64,000 nucleotides of DNA from Minisyncoccota bacterium (GTDB taxonomy: Bacteria > Patescibacteriota > Minisyncoccia > Phycocordibacterales > JABMNX01). Location of the stretch: assembly GCA_040876885.1 (NCBI GenBank), contig JBBDOU010000008.1, forward strand, positions 42,986 to 106,985, given 5' to 3'. A program made the translations under genes and the position numbers. Below the pieces are notes generated by a model. The model saw only the letters and a list, made by a program, of their open reading frames with translations, had not been told where the DNA came from and searched no databases. This document shows positions 27,309 to 38,311 of this stretch, piece by piece. Position 1 is the stretch's first letter. Each line of letters begins with the position of its first letter.

Positions 27309-27572
27309 CTGATGAGTTTCCTTACTATATAAGGGGTCAGAATCCTGTGGATTTGAGTTGATAAGTTAAATGTTATGAGAAAAACCCGAACGGTCACATC
27401 TGGAATGGCTTAGTTAAGCCATGAAAATAATCCCGCTATTCAGTACCTACCCACTATATCTTCTACTCATTAAAAGTCAACGAGTAATACACACCAAAAG
27501 AAACTGCCTATTATAGCCTTATGTTAAGCCATTTTTAGGCGCTTTCACACAAAACTATGCTATAGTTTTTTA

Positions 27573-29525
27573 GTGAATTACCTAGACGACTTAAATGAAA
27601 AACAGCGAGCTGCGGTCCTCCATAAAGAGGGTCCACTCCTTATAATCGCTGGTGCTGGTGCTGGAAAGACGCGAGTACTTGCGCATCGCATATTGCACCT
27701 TCTAAAAAACGGAATCCTACCGGAAGAAATCCTTGCAGTAACGTTTACTAACAAATCTGCAAAGGAGATGCGAGAGCGAGTTATTGATTTAATCAATAAT
27801 GACAGGGATTTAAACCTTCCGGTTTCTCAATCTGCACAAAAGACTCCAACACCTTTTGTTTCTACCTTTCATGCACTTGGTGTACACATTATAAAAGAGA
27901 ACGCAGTGCTTTTAGGACTGAAACGTCACTTTAGTATCTTTGATCGGTCAGATTCAATACGTGCGATTAAAGAATCTATGAAGAAAAGTGACATAGACCA
28001 AAAGCAATTCGAACCAAGGAAGATTCTCGGACTTATTTCTCGTGCAAAAGGTGACGGCGTCTCACTTGCCCGCTATCAAGAAGGTGCGGGAAATGACTAT
28101 ATGAAAAAAATTGTTTCTCTGGTATGGGAAAAATATGAAACGATATTAAAAGGCGAGTGTTCGCTTGATTTCGACGACCTACTCCTTAAGACCGTGACCC
28201 TCCTTGAAACAAATGAAAAGGTCAGAAAACATTATTGTGGTATTTGGAAATATCTTCTTATAGACGAGTACCAAGACACAAACAAAGTACAATACAGAAT
28301 TTCAGAACTTCTTGCAGGAGATACGAAAAACATCTGCGTTGTGGGAGACATCGATCAAAATATTTACAGCTGGCGAGGAGCTGATATTCAAAATTTACTC
28401 GATTTTGAAAAAACATATCCAAACACCACGACCGTCCTCCTTGAGCAAAACTACCGTTCCTCGCAAAATATCCTCGGTGCATCAAATGCCATCATTGAAA
28501 AAAACAAAAATCGACTTGAGAAAAAATTATTCACCGAACAGGGGCGTGGAGAGAAAATCATGGTCGCAGGTAACTACGACGAAGAAGCCGAGGCACATTT
28601 TATTACTGAAAAAGTTGAGACACTTGTCAGAGGAGGGGTATCGCATAAAGAAATCGCGGTCCTATATCGCACAAACTTTCAGTCACGAATCCTCGAGGAA
28701 GTTTTCTTATATCAAGATATTCCGTATCAGGTTCTCGGCACTCGATTCTTTGAGAGAAAGGAAGTCAAAGACATACTCTCATTTATGCGAGCCGCGTATA
28801 ATCCAGAAAATACCGCCGATATAAAGCGCGTTATCGATGTCCCTCCTCGGGGGATTGGAAAAGTGACACTCCTGCGCATGATAGAGAAACGTGAAGATGA
28901 GCTCTCTTCTGCAATGAGAAAACGGGTCGAAGATTTCAAGAACCTCCTACTCCGTATCCGGGAATACGGGGGAGCGCATGCACCATCTGAAACAGTCCTT
29001 TTTATTTTAAAGGAAAGCGGACTTGAAGCGACTCTTAAAGAAGGTGTAGGAAGCCACAAGGAAGAAAACCTTGAACGGCTACAAAACGTATACGAACTCA
29101 AGACACTCGCAGAGAAATATGACACACTACCACCAGATCAAGGAATAGAAAAACTACTTGAAGACGCCGCGCTTGCAACGGACCAAGATTCACTAGAAAA
29201 AGAAAACGACGCGGTGAAGCTTATGACCGTCCATGCGTCAAAAGGGCTCGAATTTGATTATGTATTTATCTCTGGACTTGAAGAAGATTTGTTTCCGCAA
29301 CAATCTAGTGACGATAGAGACACCGAAGAAGAACGGAGACTATTTTACGTTGCACTTACTCGGGCACGAAAAAAAGTATTTCTCACGTTTGCATCAACCC
29401 GTATGATCTTTGGTTCACGAGAGGTTCGACTCCCTTCTGATTTTATCAATGATATCCCTGATGAGTTTCTTGAAGTAGAGGGGGATGCACCACAGTCGCG
29501 TGGGGAATTACTGACGATAGAATAA
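27573..29525 (+). CDS. pcrA: UvrD/PcrA DNA helicase
   Basis: AGAGAGKT, TFTNKSA, IDEYQDTN, GDIDQNIYSWRGA, QNYRS, TVHASKGLEF, YVALTRA. Confidence 0.95.
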   Translation: MNYLDDLNEKQRAAVLHKEGPLLIIAGAGAGKTRVLAHRILHLLKNGILPEEILAVTFTNKSAKEMRERVIDLINNDRDLNLPVSQSAQKTPTPFVSTFHALGVHIIKENAVLLGLKRHFSIFDRSDSIRAIKESMKKSDIDQKQFEPRKILGLISRAKGDGVSLARYQEGAGNDYMKKIVSLVWEKYETILKGECSLDFDDLLLKTVTLLETNEKVRKHYCGIWKYLLIDEYQDTNKVQYRISELLAGDTKNICVVGDIDQNIYSWRGADIQNLLDFEKTYPNTTTVLLEQNYRSSQNILGASNAIIEKNKNRLEKKLFTEQGRGEKIMVAGNYDEEAEAHFITEKVETLVRGGVSHKEIAVLYRTNFQSRILEEVFLYQDIPYQVLGTRFFERKEVKDILSFMRAAYNPENTADIKRVIDVPPRGIGKVTLLRMIEKREDELSSAMRKRVEDFKNLLLRIREYGGAHAPSETVLFILKESGLEATLKEGVGSHKEENLERLQNVYELKTLAEKYDTLPPDQGIEKLLEDAALATDQDSLEKENDAVKLMTVHASKGLEFDYVFISGLEEDLFPQQSSDDRDTEEERRLFYVALTRARKKVFLTFASTRMIFGSREVRLPSDFINDIPDEFLEVEGDAPQSRGELLTIE

Positions 29526-29529
29526 TTAT

Positions 29530-30306
29530 ATGTTTGCAAAAAAATCACTCGGGCAACACTTTCTTATCGCCCCACTCATAATTACAAAGACTGTATCGGC
29601 AGGTACTGTAACCCACGATGACGTTGTCCTTGAAATTGGTCCCGGTAATGGTGCGCTCACTAAAGAACTTCTCCTTACGGCAAAAAAAGTTGTTGCTGTT
29701 GAAAAAGACAGGGCGTTGGTAGAGAAATTAGAAGTAGTTTTTAAAAAAGAAATAGAAAATGGGTCCCTTGAACTTATTCATGACGATATTTTATTATGCG
29801 ATTTTGAAACGTTACAACTTCCTGCTTCATATAAAGTTGTCGCAAATATCCCCTACTACATCACCGGGATTCTTATTCGAACCCTCCTCACAAACAAAAT
29901 AAAACCAAAAACAATCGTTCTTATTGTTCAGAAAGAAATAGCTGAACGTATTGCACGTGACAAAAAAGAAAGCCTGCTTTCACTCAGTGTTAAAGCATAC
30001 GGAACACCGCGATACATTGGAACTATAAAAGCAGGCGCTTTTAACCCCCCTCCTAAGGTGGATTCTGCCATACTTCTTATTGAAAATATCTCCTTGGGCT
30101 TTTTCGACACAATCTCAGAAGAATCCTTCTTTACAGCCATAAAAGCAGGCTTCTCAAGCAAAAGAAAACAGGTAATCAACAACCTTGAGAAGATAGAAAA
30201 CAGAGAAAAAATCGTGCGCGTGTTTGAAAAACTATCCTTAAACCAGAAGATTAGAGCAGAAGATATCACCCTTGGGGTCTGGAAGGATATTCTAACAACG
30301 CTTTAG
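29530..30306 (+). CDS. rsmA: 16S rRNA dimethyltransferase RsmA/KsgA
   Basis: KKSLGQHFL, LEIGPGNG, ANIPYYIT, FNPPPKVDS. Confidence 0.96.
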   Translation: MFAKKSLGQHFLIAPLIITKTVSAGTVTHDDVVLEIGPGNGALTKELLLTAKKVVAVEKDRALVEKLEVVFKKEIENGSLELIHDDILLCDFETLQLPASYKVVANIPYYITGILIRTLLTNKIKPKTIVLIVQKEIAERIARDKKESLLSLSVKAYGTPRYIGTIKAGAFNPPPKVDSAILLIENISLGFFDTISEESFFTAIKAGFSSKRKQVINNLEKIENREKIVRVFEKLSLNQKIRAEDITLGVWKDILTTL

Positions 30307-30327
30307 GATGCTTTGAGTTTAACGGAA

Positions 30328-30678
30328 TTAGATCCCGCCACTTGAACCAACAATCATCATAATAGGACCCGCGCCAATATAAAATTGGCCCAAGAAACAA
30401 AGTCCGGGAGGGCCCGCATTGCCAAGAACCCAACGAGGGACCGATGGGGGACCATATAAATATGTTCGGGTTGCTAGTGTATACATATACTCACCGCCAA
30501 CAGGTGGACCAATAAGCGCAAGGAGTCCCGTGTTACACGGCTTTGTTATTAAGGTTCTACCGCCAAATGGAATCAGCGCATGTGCTTGAAATGGAAGTAA
30601 TAAAATTCCAATAATACATAAAAGAAGCGCCAGTGTAGGTAGTCGTCTTTGTAAAAAAAGAATTACAAAATATCTCAT
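30328..30678 (-). CDS. Small secreted Gly/Pro-rich hypothetical protein
   Basis: Signal peptide AHA-L, PFGG, two Cys; divergent from the T4SS-like operon. Confidence 0.65.
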   Translation of the reverse strand: MRYFVILFLQRRLPTLALLLCIIGILLLPFQAHALIPFGGRTLITKPCNTGLLALIGPPVGGEYMYTLATRTYLYGPPSVPRWVLGNAGPPGLCFLGQFYIGAGPIMMIVGSSGGI

Positions 30679-30715
30679 ACTAAAAAGTATACCTTCTAAA
30701 TGGTATACTCACCAC

Positions 30716-31453
30716 ATGCATCTTCAGATTAGGCAAATGGGTACGCTTGCAATACTACTTGCGCTCTTTATAGCGGTAACAATTTATTTATTTCCAAGAG
30801 AAGACTCGCCACAAAGCACACAAGGCACCCTAAAAGGTATTTCAGTCTCTAACGCAAAAAAAACAGGTACTCAAACGGGGTATACTTCTCTTTCGTCGAC
30901 TGAGGGAGGTGTGCTCCATACGGGAGGTACGTCTATTTTCAATAAAACAACCCTGCAAGAATTTTTAAATACAAACACAGATGAGCGTACTGCTACAATC
31001 ACCGGAACGGACTCGGGCGAAGAAGAAGTACTGAGCGCATTAAAAGACTATGGGAATAGCGCTGGTGCTATTATAAAAAGTCACCTAAGCGAGAGTCGTG
31101 ACGAGGCAGGTGTACTCGACAAGTTTATAACAACTCCAAAAAATATCGAAGCACAGAACGACTTTAAAGCGCTTCTCAATGACTACCGTGCAGTTGGTCA
31201 CGAACTTAACGCACTTGTACCGCCTACAGTACTCGACATGCACCACAAAAAATTTGCCGACGTCTATATACATATAGGGGACTCGATGGAGCAACTTTTA
31301 TACAGTGCTATCAGTAGTGAAGACGCAGACACATACAACGAAAATATTACCTTATATATTGATGCGTATGTACACGTTGCAGAAACCTTACGTGTGTACG
31401 GGGTGACATTTAACGCAGACGAACCCGGGTCCCTATTCACACTTCCGTTCTAG
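30716..31453 (+). CDS. Membrane-anchored hypothetical protein
   Basis: N-terminal TM, helical C-terminal domain. Confidence 0.75.
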   Translation: MHLQIRQMGTLAILLALFIAVTIYLFPREDSPQSTQGTLKGISVSNAKKTGTQTGYTSLSSTEGGVLHTGGTSIFNKTTLQEFLNTNTDERTATITGTDSGEEEVLSALKDYGNSAGAIIKSHLSESRDEAGVLDKFITTPKNIEAQNDFKALLNDYRAVGHELNALVPPTVLDMHHKKFADVYIHIGDSMEQLLYSAISSEDADTYNENITLYIDAYVHVAETLRVYGVTFNADEPGSLFTLPF

Positions 31454-31480
31454 GAATGTACGGCTAAACACTGCTATACT

Positions 31481-32398
31481 GTGGTTATGAACGGGCGTTT
31501 CTTAAAGAAAAACGTTGTACTTGTAGCTGTTGTTACTGGTGCACTACTTATCAGTGCCTCTTTTGTATTAGTAGCGCTAAAACACAAAGGAGCAGTGACG
31601 ACAAAGGGAGTAGCAGTAAATAAAAATCTTGAGCAAATAGTTACCCAGACGGTTTCTGTAGATTCAGACAATGATGGGCTTAAAGACTGGGAGGAAATTC
31701 TTTTTGGGACGGACCCGCAAAACCCAGACTCAGACAATGACGGGATTCTAGACGGACAAGAAGAAGATATTGCACAAACGCCAGGGTCTATAGACAGAGA
31801 GAAAGTAGAAGCGCTTGCACATACTGATAAACTCGCCTTCCAGCTTTTTGAGGGATATATTGACTTGAAACAACGGCGCTATTTAGGAACAAATATTGAA
31901 GAAAATTTTGTCGCTGGACTTGTTGAAGACAGTCTTCCTGAAATTTCTTACACCCAATACTCCTCGAAAGATTTTACAATAGATACAAAGGCCACACCAA
32001 GTGAAAAGGAACGAGTACGTACCTACCGGTCAGCACTTAATGTTGCCTGGAGCCCTTTATTCCTTGTAAAAGAAGACGAGCTCATTACATTTACCCGAAT
32101 CGTAGAGGATGGTGATAAGAAAGGAATAGCGAAACTACAATTTGCAAAAGAAAAGTACGAAGAAGCAATCAAAAACATGCTTCGTGTTTCTGTACCGAGC
32201 GATGCAGTCACACTACACACAGATATACTCAATGGATTTAGTTTTTTTATTGGAGTTCTTGATACAATGATACAAGTAGAAAATGATCCCTTATCTGCAC
32301 TTGTTGCAGTTGAAGGATACGCCGAAGGGGAGGGGCGCATACGGGCATCAATTGAACGCTTCAAGACTTACTTGCTACTAAAAGGAATAACAAAATAA
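31481..32398 (+). CDS. Membrane-anchored protein with bacterial TSP3-like Ca-binding repeats
   Basis: DSDNDGLKDWEE..GTDP..PDSDNDGILDGQE. Confidence 0.8.
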   Translation: MVMNGRFLKKNVVLVAVVTGALLISASFVLVALKHKGAVTTKGVAVNKNLEQIVTQTVSVDSDNDGLKDWEEILFGTDPQNPDSDNDGILDGQEEDIAQTPGSIDREKVEALAHTDKLAFQLFEGYIDLKQRRYLGTNIEENFVAGLVEDSLPEISYTQYSSKDFTIDTKATPSEKERVRTYRSALNVAWSPLFLVKEDELITFTRIVEDGDKKGIAKLQFAKEKYEEAIKNMLRVSVPSDAVTLHTDILNGFSFFIGVLDTMIQVENDPLSALVAVEGYAEGEGRIRASIERFKTYLLLKGITK

Positions 32399-34047
32399 TG
32401 AATACCATTTCTAAAAACATACTCACCCTACTCATAGTGTTTGCGCTTTGTGTTCCTTTTGGTTTATCCTCGACTACCTATACCGCTCACGCTCAATCAA
32501 CGAGTGGGGCAGATGCTGGAGGTAACCCTGATCTTGGAGGGGACGACACTGCTGATGATGCTGCTATATCTTCCGCAGGAGGCATCCTCTCCTGTCTTGC
32601 TGGTGGATATATAGATGGTTTCTTAGGGGCTGGTGCGAGTGCAATTGGACTAGTAGTTCCTGTTAACGATTCTCTGGTAACCTCAAACACCGGAACAATA
32701 AAAAACAAAGATTGTGTTCTTGATGGACTGACGACTGTTGTGCGTGATGTATTAATATCAAGCATGACTCGAAGTATTGTAAATTGGATTAATGGCGGCT
32801 TTGACGGAAACCCAGCATTTATAACCGACCTCGAAGGATTCTTATTAGATGTAGGGGATCAGGTCGTAGGAACATACATCGAAGGTTCAGAGCTTGCCTT
32901 CCTTTGTAGTCCCTTTCAATTAGATGTGCGTATTAGCCTTGCGCTTGACTACTACACCAACGCCCGCGACCGTGTCTCATGTACCTTAACAGGAGTAATC
33001 GAAAACCTTAACGATTCTTTTGATGACCTCTCATCAAAAAACTCATGGGACTCATGGCTTGAGCTTTCGGTAAACCCACACAACAATCCGTACGGATCAT
33101 TTTTGGCTTCAAGACAAGCGATGCGTCAATCCATCGCCTCTGCGCAAAACAACCAACAAAGCATCCTTAATTGGGGTAGTGGATTTCGTTCTTATGAAGT
33201 CTGCGATACTGCTGGAGTACAAGACCCTAATGACAGTGCGAACATCTCCGTGGGGAACTTTAATTGTAGAATTGCGACTCCTGGAGTTGTTATTAACGAA
33301 CAACTCAGCCAAACCTTAGGTTCAGGGTTCAGGCAACTTGAGCTTGCTGATGAAATAAATGAGATTATTGGGGCGCTTCTTGGACAACTCTCAAAACAAG
33401 TTCTCGGCGGTTCTCGATCAGGTCTATCTGGGTTAAGTAGTAGTCGTTATGGGCGACCTTCTTATGTTAATCAGCTCGTGAGCGCTTCTAACGAAAAATC
33501 TGAATCAGAATTCCGTAGCTACGGAACAAGTGTTGTTGACGGGTCAATTAACACAGAAAGTCAACTTATCACGAGTAAAAAAGTGTCACTCGCTCGACTT
33601 AATGCATCAGAAACATTATTAAAATCTCTTGCCGTATGTTATGAAGGGAAACTCTCAACCACACAAAACCCAACACTTACTCCCGAAGAAAGAACTACCG
33701 CAACCGAGGGTATGAACACTGCAAGCTCAACTATTGCTGCGAGCATAACACCACTACAAAAACTTATCACGGATGATATAGCACACGCTGAAAATAATAT
33801 CTCCAAGCTTCTTGTTATTAAAGAGAATCTAAAAAATACAACCTCCCAAGCTGGCGTCGACCGAGTCCTCGCAAACGAACTTGACCCGCTCGTTAAAGAT
33901 AAAATCATCCACTCCCAACCCGATTTTGTTATTGCAACACAACAAAAAGAAGACATCAGTAGTATCACGGACGCAATGAACACGGCAACAAATGCAAACC
34001 TCACGACGTGTTCTGCATTTCCTGTACGGGGGACTAATCAAAACTAA
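32398..34047 (+). CDS. Large secreted Cys-containing protein of the T4SS-like locus
   Basis: Signal peptide, VNWINGGFDGNPAF, LCSPF, ADEINEII, several Cys. Confidence 0.75.
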   Translation: MNTISKNILTLLIVFALCVPFGLSSTTYTAHAQSTSGADAGGNPDLGGDDTADDAAISSAGGILSCLAGGYIDGFLGAGASAIGLVVPVNDSLVTSNTGTIKNKDCVLDGLTTVVRDVLISSMTRSIVNWINGGFDGNPAFITDLEGFLLDVGDQVVGTYIEGSELAFLCSPFQLDVRISLALDYYTNARDRVSCTLTGVIENLNDSFDDLSSKNSWDSWLELSVNPHNNPYGSFLASRQAMRQSIASAQNNQQSILNWGSGFRSYEVCDTAGVQDPNDSANISVGNFNCRIATPGVVINEQLSQTLGSGFRQLELADEINEIIGALLGQLSKQVLGGSRSGLSGLSSSRYGRPSYVNQLVSASNEKSESEFRSYGTSVVDGSINTESQLITSKKVSLARLNASETLLKSLAVCYEGKLSTTQNPTLTPEERTTATEGMNTASSTIAASITPLQKLITDDIAHAENNISKLLVIKENLKNTTSQAGVDRVLANELDPLVKDKIIHSQPDFVIATQQKEDISSITDAMNTATNANLTTCSAFPVRGTNQN

Positions 34048-34053
34048 CATTTC

Positions 34054-36165
34054 ATGAAACGTATTATCTTTATCAGCCTTATACTCACACTACTCTACGT
34101 ACCAGTATCATTTAACCTTGATACTACGAATAACTTTGAACCTTTAATAGCAAATGCTAACCATAGTGACGAGCAACACCCGGGTATTGTAGGAGAGGAT
34201 ACTTCGCCACAATCAGGATCTCTGACAACAGATAGTAGCGGAGTTACACGAGAGGCATTTAGCCCTATCTCTAATGCATTTAACGAGTTTATGGAGAATG
34301 TTGCGCTTCTCCCAATCTTTATTTCAGGTTTTTTTGTGTATGTGGCAGGGGCACTTTTTGACGTATCAATACTAGAGACAGTTAGTAGACTTGGGGTGCA
34401 TTTCAGCGCTGTGGATGGAATTAATATTGCATGGGGGACACTTCGAGACTTAGCGAACATACTCTTTATATTTGGACTTCTGACAATTGCGATATCCACA
34501 ATCCTGGGCCTATCTGGTTTTGGGTATAAGAAACTACTCGCTCGGCTTATTATTGTCGCACTATTAATAAACTTCAGTCTCTTCTTCACCAAATTTGTGA
34601 TAGACGCTTCAAATATTTTTGCGCTTCAATTCTATCAACAACTTTCTGTACCAGACGCCGATGGTACTCGGAGCATCTCAAATATTTTTAGACACGCACT
34701 TGGACTCGACACACTGTGGAGCACGGAAACTGTACTTAATAGACTTAACCAACTTAACTATAACTCTAGTGGAGGATTCGGCTTAATGTTTCTCTACTCA
34801 ATATTTACTTCAATATTCTTATTTATCACCGCATTTGTATTTATGTTTGGTGCAATTTTGCTTATTGTTCGTGCTGTTGGATTTATACTACTTGCTATCC
34901 TTTCTCCCGTTGCTTTCGCGGCGTACGTTCTACCCACAACTCAGAAGTGGACCGACATGTGGTGGAAAAAACTCTGGGAGTACGCTATTTTTGCGCCAGC
35001 ATTTCTCTTGATGTTGTGGATTACCGCATCCATTATTCCAAGTATTACCGCGACTTTCGCACCAAACGGAGGGGGGTTGCTTGAGGCTATTTCATCAAAT
35101 CCTGAGGAACGCATCGGGAGTGTGAGTATGATACTTAATTTTATTATTTTGATATCACTACTCATTGCTTCAATTGTTATTTCCAATAAACTTTCTATTG
35201 CGGGTTCAGAAAAACTTACCAAAATGGGTAAGAGCCTTGGCAAATTTGGTGCAGGAAAAGCACTCGCACTTCCTTTTGGCCTCACAGCAGCACTTGGCAG
35301 GAATCTTCCGGGACGCGGTCTTAGAGCATTAAGTAACTCACAAGGACTAAAGGATGTTGCTTCTGGTAAACGAAACTTTAAACCATTAGCGGGCGATGGG
35401 GTTTTTGCTAGAGGTGCAAACATAGCAGCTAATAAGATAGCCCAGAAGAGCGCTGAGTATGGGCTAAAAGGAGCACGGGTTGGTGCCGATGCAAACTTTG
35501 ATGCACGCGCCTTCCCTGGAGCTGGAGCTGTTATAAAAAGCACTGGATTAAACCTAGGGAAGCCAAGAAAAGGTGGGTATGAGACTACAATTAAAAAACA
35601 AGTTGAGGACAGGAAGAAATTTGGAGAGTCATTAGGTAACGACTCAGTAACTCAAGATGCGTTAATAAAACCTCTAGAAAAAGAACAAGGAGAAATCAAA
35701 GGACGCAAAAAAGAACAGGAAGGAGAGAAGACCGAAGATCAAAATAGGATAAAAAATCTTAGTCGACAAAAACAAGCGCTCGTACGGGATGGAAAAGAAT
35801 ATTCAAACGAAATGAACGCGCTTGATGTAGAGCTAAACAAAGCAGAATCAAAACTTGCAGACACAGAGAACACGCTGAAGAGAATTGGCGATGAGGAAAA
35901 GAAAATCAAAGAACAGCTTGACGCAGTAAATAATATCGGAAAAGAAAGAGCTAAAAGTTTTGCTCAGATGTTGGCTTCAGAAAAGACTGTTGATACGCTT
36001 TGGTTTAAAGTTCCTAGAAAAAATAAAGAAGCAGGGATTGCAATGATGAAGGGGAAAAGTGACGAAGATAAACTAATAGAAGGCCTTACAAAAAAAATGA
36101 AAAAAGAAAAAAAAGAGAGCGATACAGATGATGACGGGGAATCTTCTGAAAAGAAAGAGAGCTAA
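34054..36165 (+). CDS. VirB6/TrbL-like polytopic membrane protein
   Basis: WGTLRDLAN, ALLINFS, ILSPVAF..LP..WW, multi-TM core plus Gly/Ala-rich and charged tail; upstream of PrgI/VirB4. Confidence 0.7.
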   Translation: MKRIIFISLILTLLYVPVSFNLDTTNNFEPLIANANHSDEQHPGIVGEDTSPQSGSLTTDSSGVTREAFSPISNAFNEFMENVALLPIFISGFFVYVAGALFDVSILETVSRLGVHFSAVDGINIAWGTLRDLANILFIFGLLTIAISTILGLSGFGYKKLLARLIIVALLINFSLFFTKFVIDASNIFALQFYQQLSVPDADGTRSISNIFRHALGLDTLWSTETVLNRLNQLNYNSSGGFGLMFLYSIFTSIFLFITAFVFMFGAILLIVRAVGFILLAILSPVAFAAYVLPTTQKWTDMWWKKLWEYAIFAPAFLLMLWITASIIPSITATFAPNGGGLLEAISSNPEERIGSVSMILNFIILISLLIASIVISNKLSIAGSEKLTKMGKSLGKFGAGKALALPFGLTAALGRNLPGRGLRALSNSQGLKDVASGKRNFKPLAGDGVFARGANIAANKIAQKSAEYGLKGARVGADANFDARAFPGAGAVIKSTGLNLGKPRKGGYETTIKKQVEDRKKFGESLGNDSVTQDALIKPLEKEQGEIKGRKKEQEGEKTEDQNRIKNLSRQKQALVRDGKEYSNEMNALDVELNKAESKLADTENTLKRIGDEEKKIKEQLDAVNNIGKERAKSFAQMLASEKTVDTLWFKVPRKNKEAGIAMMKGKSDEDKLIEGLTKKMKKEKKESDTDDDGESSEKKES

Positions 36166-36177
36166 ACAAACACTATT

Positions 36178-36645
36178 ATGGAACACCATGCACCCACTAT
36201 TCTAGAAAAACAATTTGATAAGCTTCCGAAGCAATTACAGGCCTTTATCAGTTCTGGAAACCTTACACGTACTTTAGAAGATATCGGCAAGGATCATACT
36301 TTAAGTGACCGAGAACAAACCGGGTTAGAAAACACCTCGCTCATGATTCTTTTAGGACTCGAGCCACTCAGTGAACTTAAAAACCACTTAATGCAAAAAT
36401 ACGCATTGACTGAAGAAAAGGCAGAGAGTGTCTCTGATGATTTCTCTGCAAAAGTAATTACCCCGCTGGAACAAGATTTGCGTAATTTCCTAGAAAATGA
36501 ACGCCAAGAGGAAATATCAAACCCTATGGAAGAGTCGACTGTACAACCATTGTTATCTAAAGACGACACCGACAGAGTACGTGCACTCCTTCGAGAAAAT
36601 GCCAAGACAGTAAGTATTAAAAATATTATTGCTAACATTGAATAA
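36178..36645 (+). CDS. Hypothetical protein (paralog of the next gene)
   Basis: QFDKLPKQLQAFI...ENTSLMILLGLE. Confidence 0.75.
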   Translation: MEHHAPTILEKQFDKLPKQLQAFISSGNLTRTLEDIGKDHTLSDREQTGLENTSLMILLGLEPLSELKNHLMQKYALTEEKAESVSDDFSAKVITPLEQDLRNFLENERQEEISNPMEESTVQPLLSKDDTDRVRALLRENAKTVSIKNIIANIE

Positions 36646-36646
36646 T

Positions 36647-37159
36647 ATGAACGACGTAAATATTCACACAACACTCAAGGAGCAGTTTAAAAAACTCCCG
36701 CCAAAACTGCAAGAAGCAATCACATCAACAGAAATTGCTGAAAAACTTCGTGCAATAGCTCAAAAACATAGGCTCCATATAGACCAAGGACAGATACTTG
36801 AAAATGAGACTTATATGGTACTTCTTGGGATAGAGCAGGCGGGGGCATATGAAAAAAATCTACAAAAAGAACTTACTATACCAACTGAAGTCGCACAAAA
36901 GATATACACTGATGTGGCAAAAGACATTTTCTTAGTAATACGCGACACATTAAAAGAGGCGACAACTACCGAGAAGCCAACACAAGTGCCTGATCCTGAG
37001 GCCCAAACTGTACACGCCCAGGAAACAAGTCCATTTACAACAAATACTGACACAGCTCACAATAAACTTGAGTCAGTAGTGAGAAAACAAAGTAAAGATT
37101 TTGAGATTTCTCCCAGAAAAACATACACAACAGACCCCTACCGAGAATCGATAGAGTAA
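36647..37159 (+). CDS. Hypothetical protein with C-terminal DPYRE motif
   Basis: QFKKLPPKLQEAI...ENETYMVLLGIE...YTTDPYRESIE. Confidence 0.78.
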   Translation: MNDVNIHTTLKEQFKKLPPKLQEAITSTEIAEKLRAIAQKHRLHIDQGQILENETYMVLLGIEQAGAYEKNLQKELTIPTEVAQKIYTDVAKDIFLVIRDTLKEATTTEKPTQVPDPEAQTVHAQETSPFTTNTDTAHNKLESVVRKQSKDFEISPRKTYTTDPYRESIE

Positions 37160-37222
37160 AAAGTACTAAGAAAAAGTGTATAGCGCACTTAAATAGGGAG
37201 ACAAATACAGTATAATAAAGAC

Positions 37223-37648
37223 ATGCGCTACCAAGTGCCGCAGTTTATTGATGTAGAAGATAGAATATTTGGCCCACTAACCATCAAGCAATTCGTCTAC
37301 TTGGCTGGAGGTGCTGGTATTTCTTTTGTTTTATGGAGGTTATTTCCTATCATTGTTGCACTTATCATCATTGCTCCGGTAGTTGCGCTCTCTTTAGGGC
37401 TTGCTTTTTATAAAGTAAATGACCGCCCACTAATCACCACAATAGAATATGCGCTTGGGTACCTCTTTGGGAAAAAACTCTACTTATGGGAGACGAGTAA
37501 AAAACTTCCGAAAGAAGCGACAGCAAAAGTAACCAAAGAAAACGAGCTCATCTCAGTACCTAAGCTCTCAGACAGTAAGTTAAAAGACCTCTCATGGAGT
37601 CTCGATATAAAAGAAAATATACACTCTTCAGAAAATAATACTATTTAA
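37223..37648 (+). CDS. PrgI-family (VirB3-like) membrane protein
   Basis: YQVPQFIDVEDRIFGPLTIKQF, two TMs, KVNDRP. Confidence 0.85.
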   Translation: MRYQVPQFIDVEDRIFGPLTIKQFVYLAGGAGISFVLWRLFPIIVALIIIAPVVALSLGLAFYKVNDRPLITTIEYALGYLFGKKLYLWETSKKLPKEATAKVTKENELISVPKLSDSKLKDLSWSLDIKENIHSSENNTI

Positions 37649-37650
37649 CT

Positions 37651-38310
37651 ATGGCTCAAGCAGACACAAAAGCTTCACAAGATTTTGTTCCCGTTCAGGA
37701 AATACGGGATGGTATTGTGGTGTTGAAAGACGGCTCACTTCGGGGAATTCTGCTTGCATCATCCATAAACTTCGCACTTAAGTCTACCGACGAACAAAAT
37801 GCCGTTGTTTCTCAATTTCAAAATCTTTTGAACTCACTAGAATTTTCAATACAAATATCTATACAGTCACGAGAACTCGACATCAGACCGTACGTGGCGC
37901 TTTTAGAAAAACAGCTCGAAAACAACACTAATGATCTTATGCAAATCCAAATACGAGAGTACATAGAGTTCGTAAAGAATTTTGTTGATGTCTCTAGTAT
38001 CATGACTAAAAATTTCTTTATTGTTGTTCCATACCAAAAACCCGCACTACAGTCGATGGGCACTAACCCTGTTTCAAAATTATTTGGGAAGACAAACACA
38101 GCTCAAGAAGACTCAGCAAATTTTGAAGAGGCTGTTTCACAACTCGAACAAAGAATGTCAGTCGTCGAGCAAGGACTTGCTCGCTCAGGAGTACGAACCC
38201 TTCGATTAGGTACCGAAGAAGTGATAGAGCTTTACTATAAGATTTTCAATCCTGGAGAGCAGGAAAAACCAATTAATCTTAACCAAGAGAGTATAATGCA
38301 ACAACAGTAA
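37651..38310 (+). CDS. VirB4 N-terminal-like / TraC-like protein
   Basis: IRDGIVVLKDG, SINFALKS..EQ, FFIVVPY; between PrgI and the VirB4 ATPase. Confidence 0.7.
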   Translation: MAQADTKASQDFVPVQEIRDGIVVLKDGSLRGILLASSINFALKSTDEQNAVVSQFQNLLNSLEFSIQISIQSRELDIRPYVALLEKQLENNTNDLMQIQIREYIEFVKNFVDVSSIMTKNFFIVVPYQKPALQSMGTNPVSKLFGKTNTAQEDSANFEEAVSQLEQRMSVVEQGLARSGVRTLRLGTEEVIELYYKIFNPGEQEKPINLNQESIMQQQ

Positions 38311-38311
38311 T

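Noticed and set aside
27502-27529. dif-like site (ttatgttaag resembles a XerD arm)
   Set aside because: The left arm matches poorly, the site is origin-proximal, and the sequence is better explained as part of an atggctt/aagccat palindromic motif also seen at 27404-27422.
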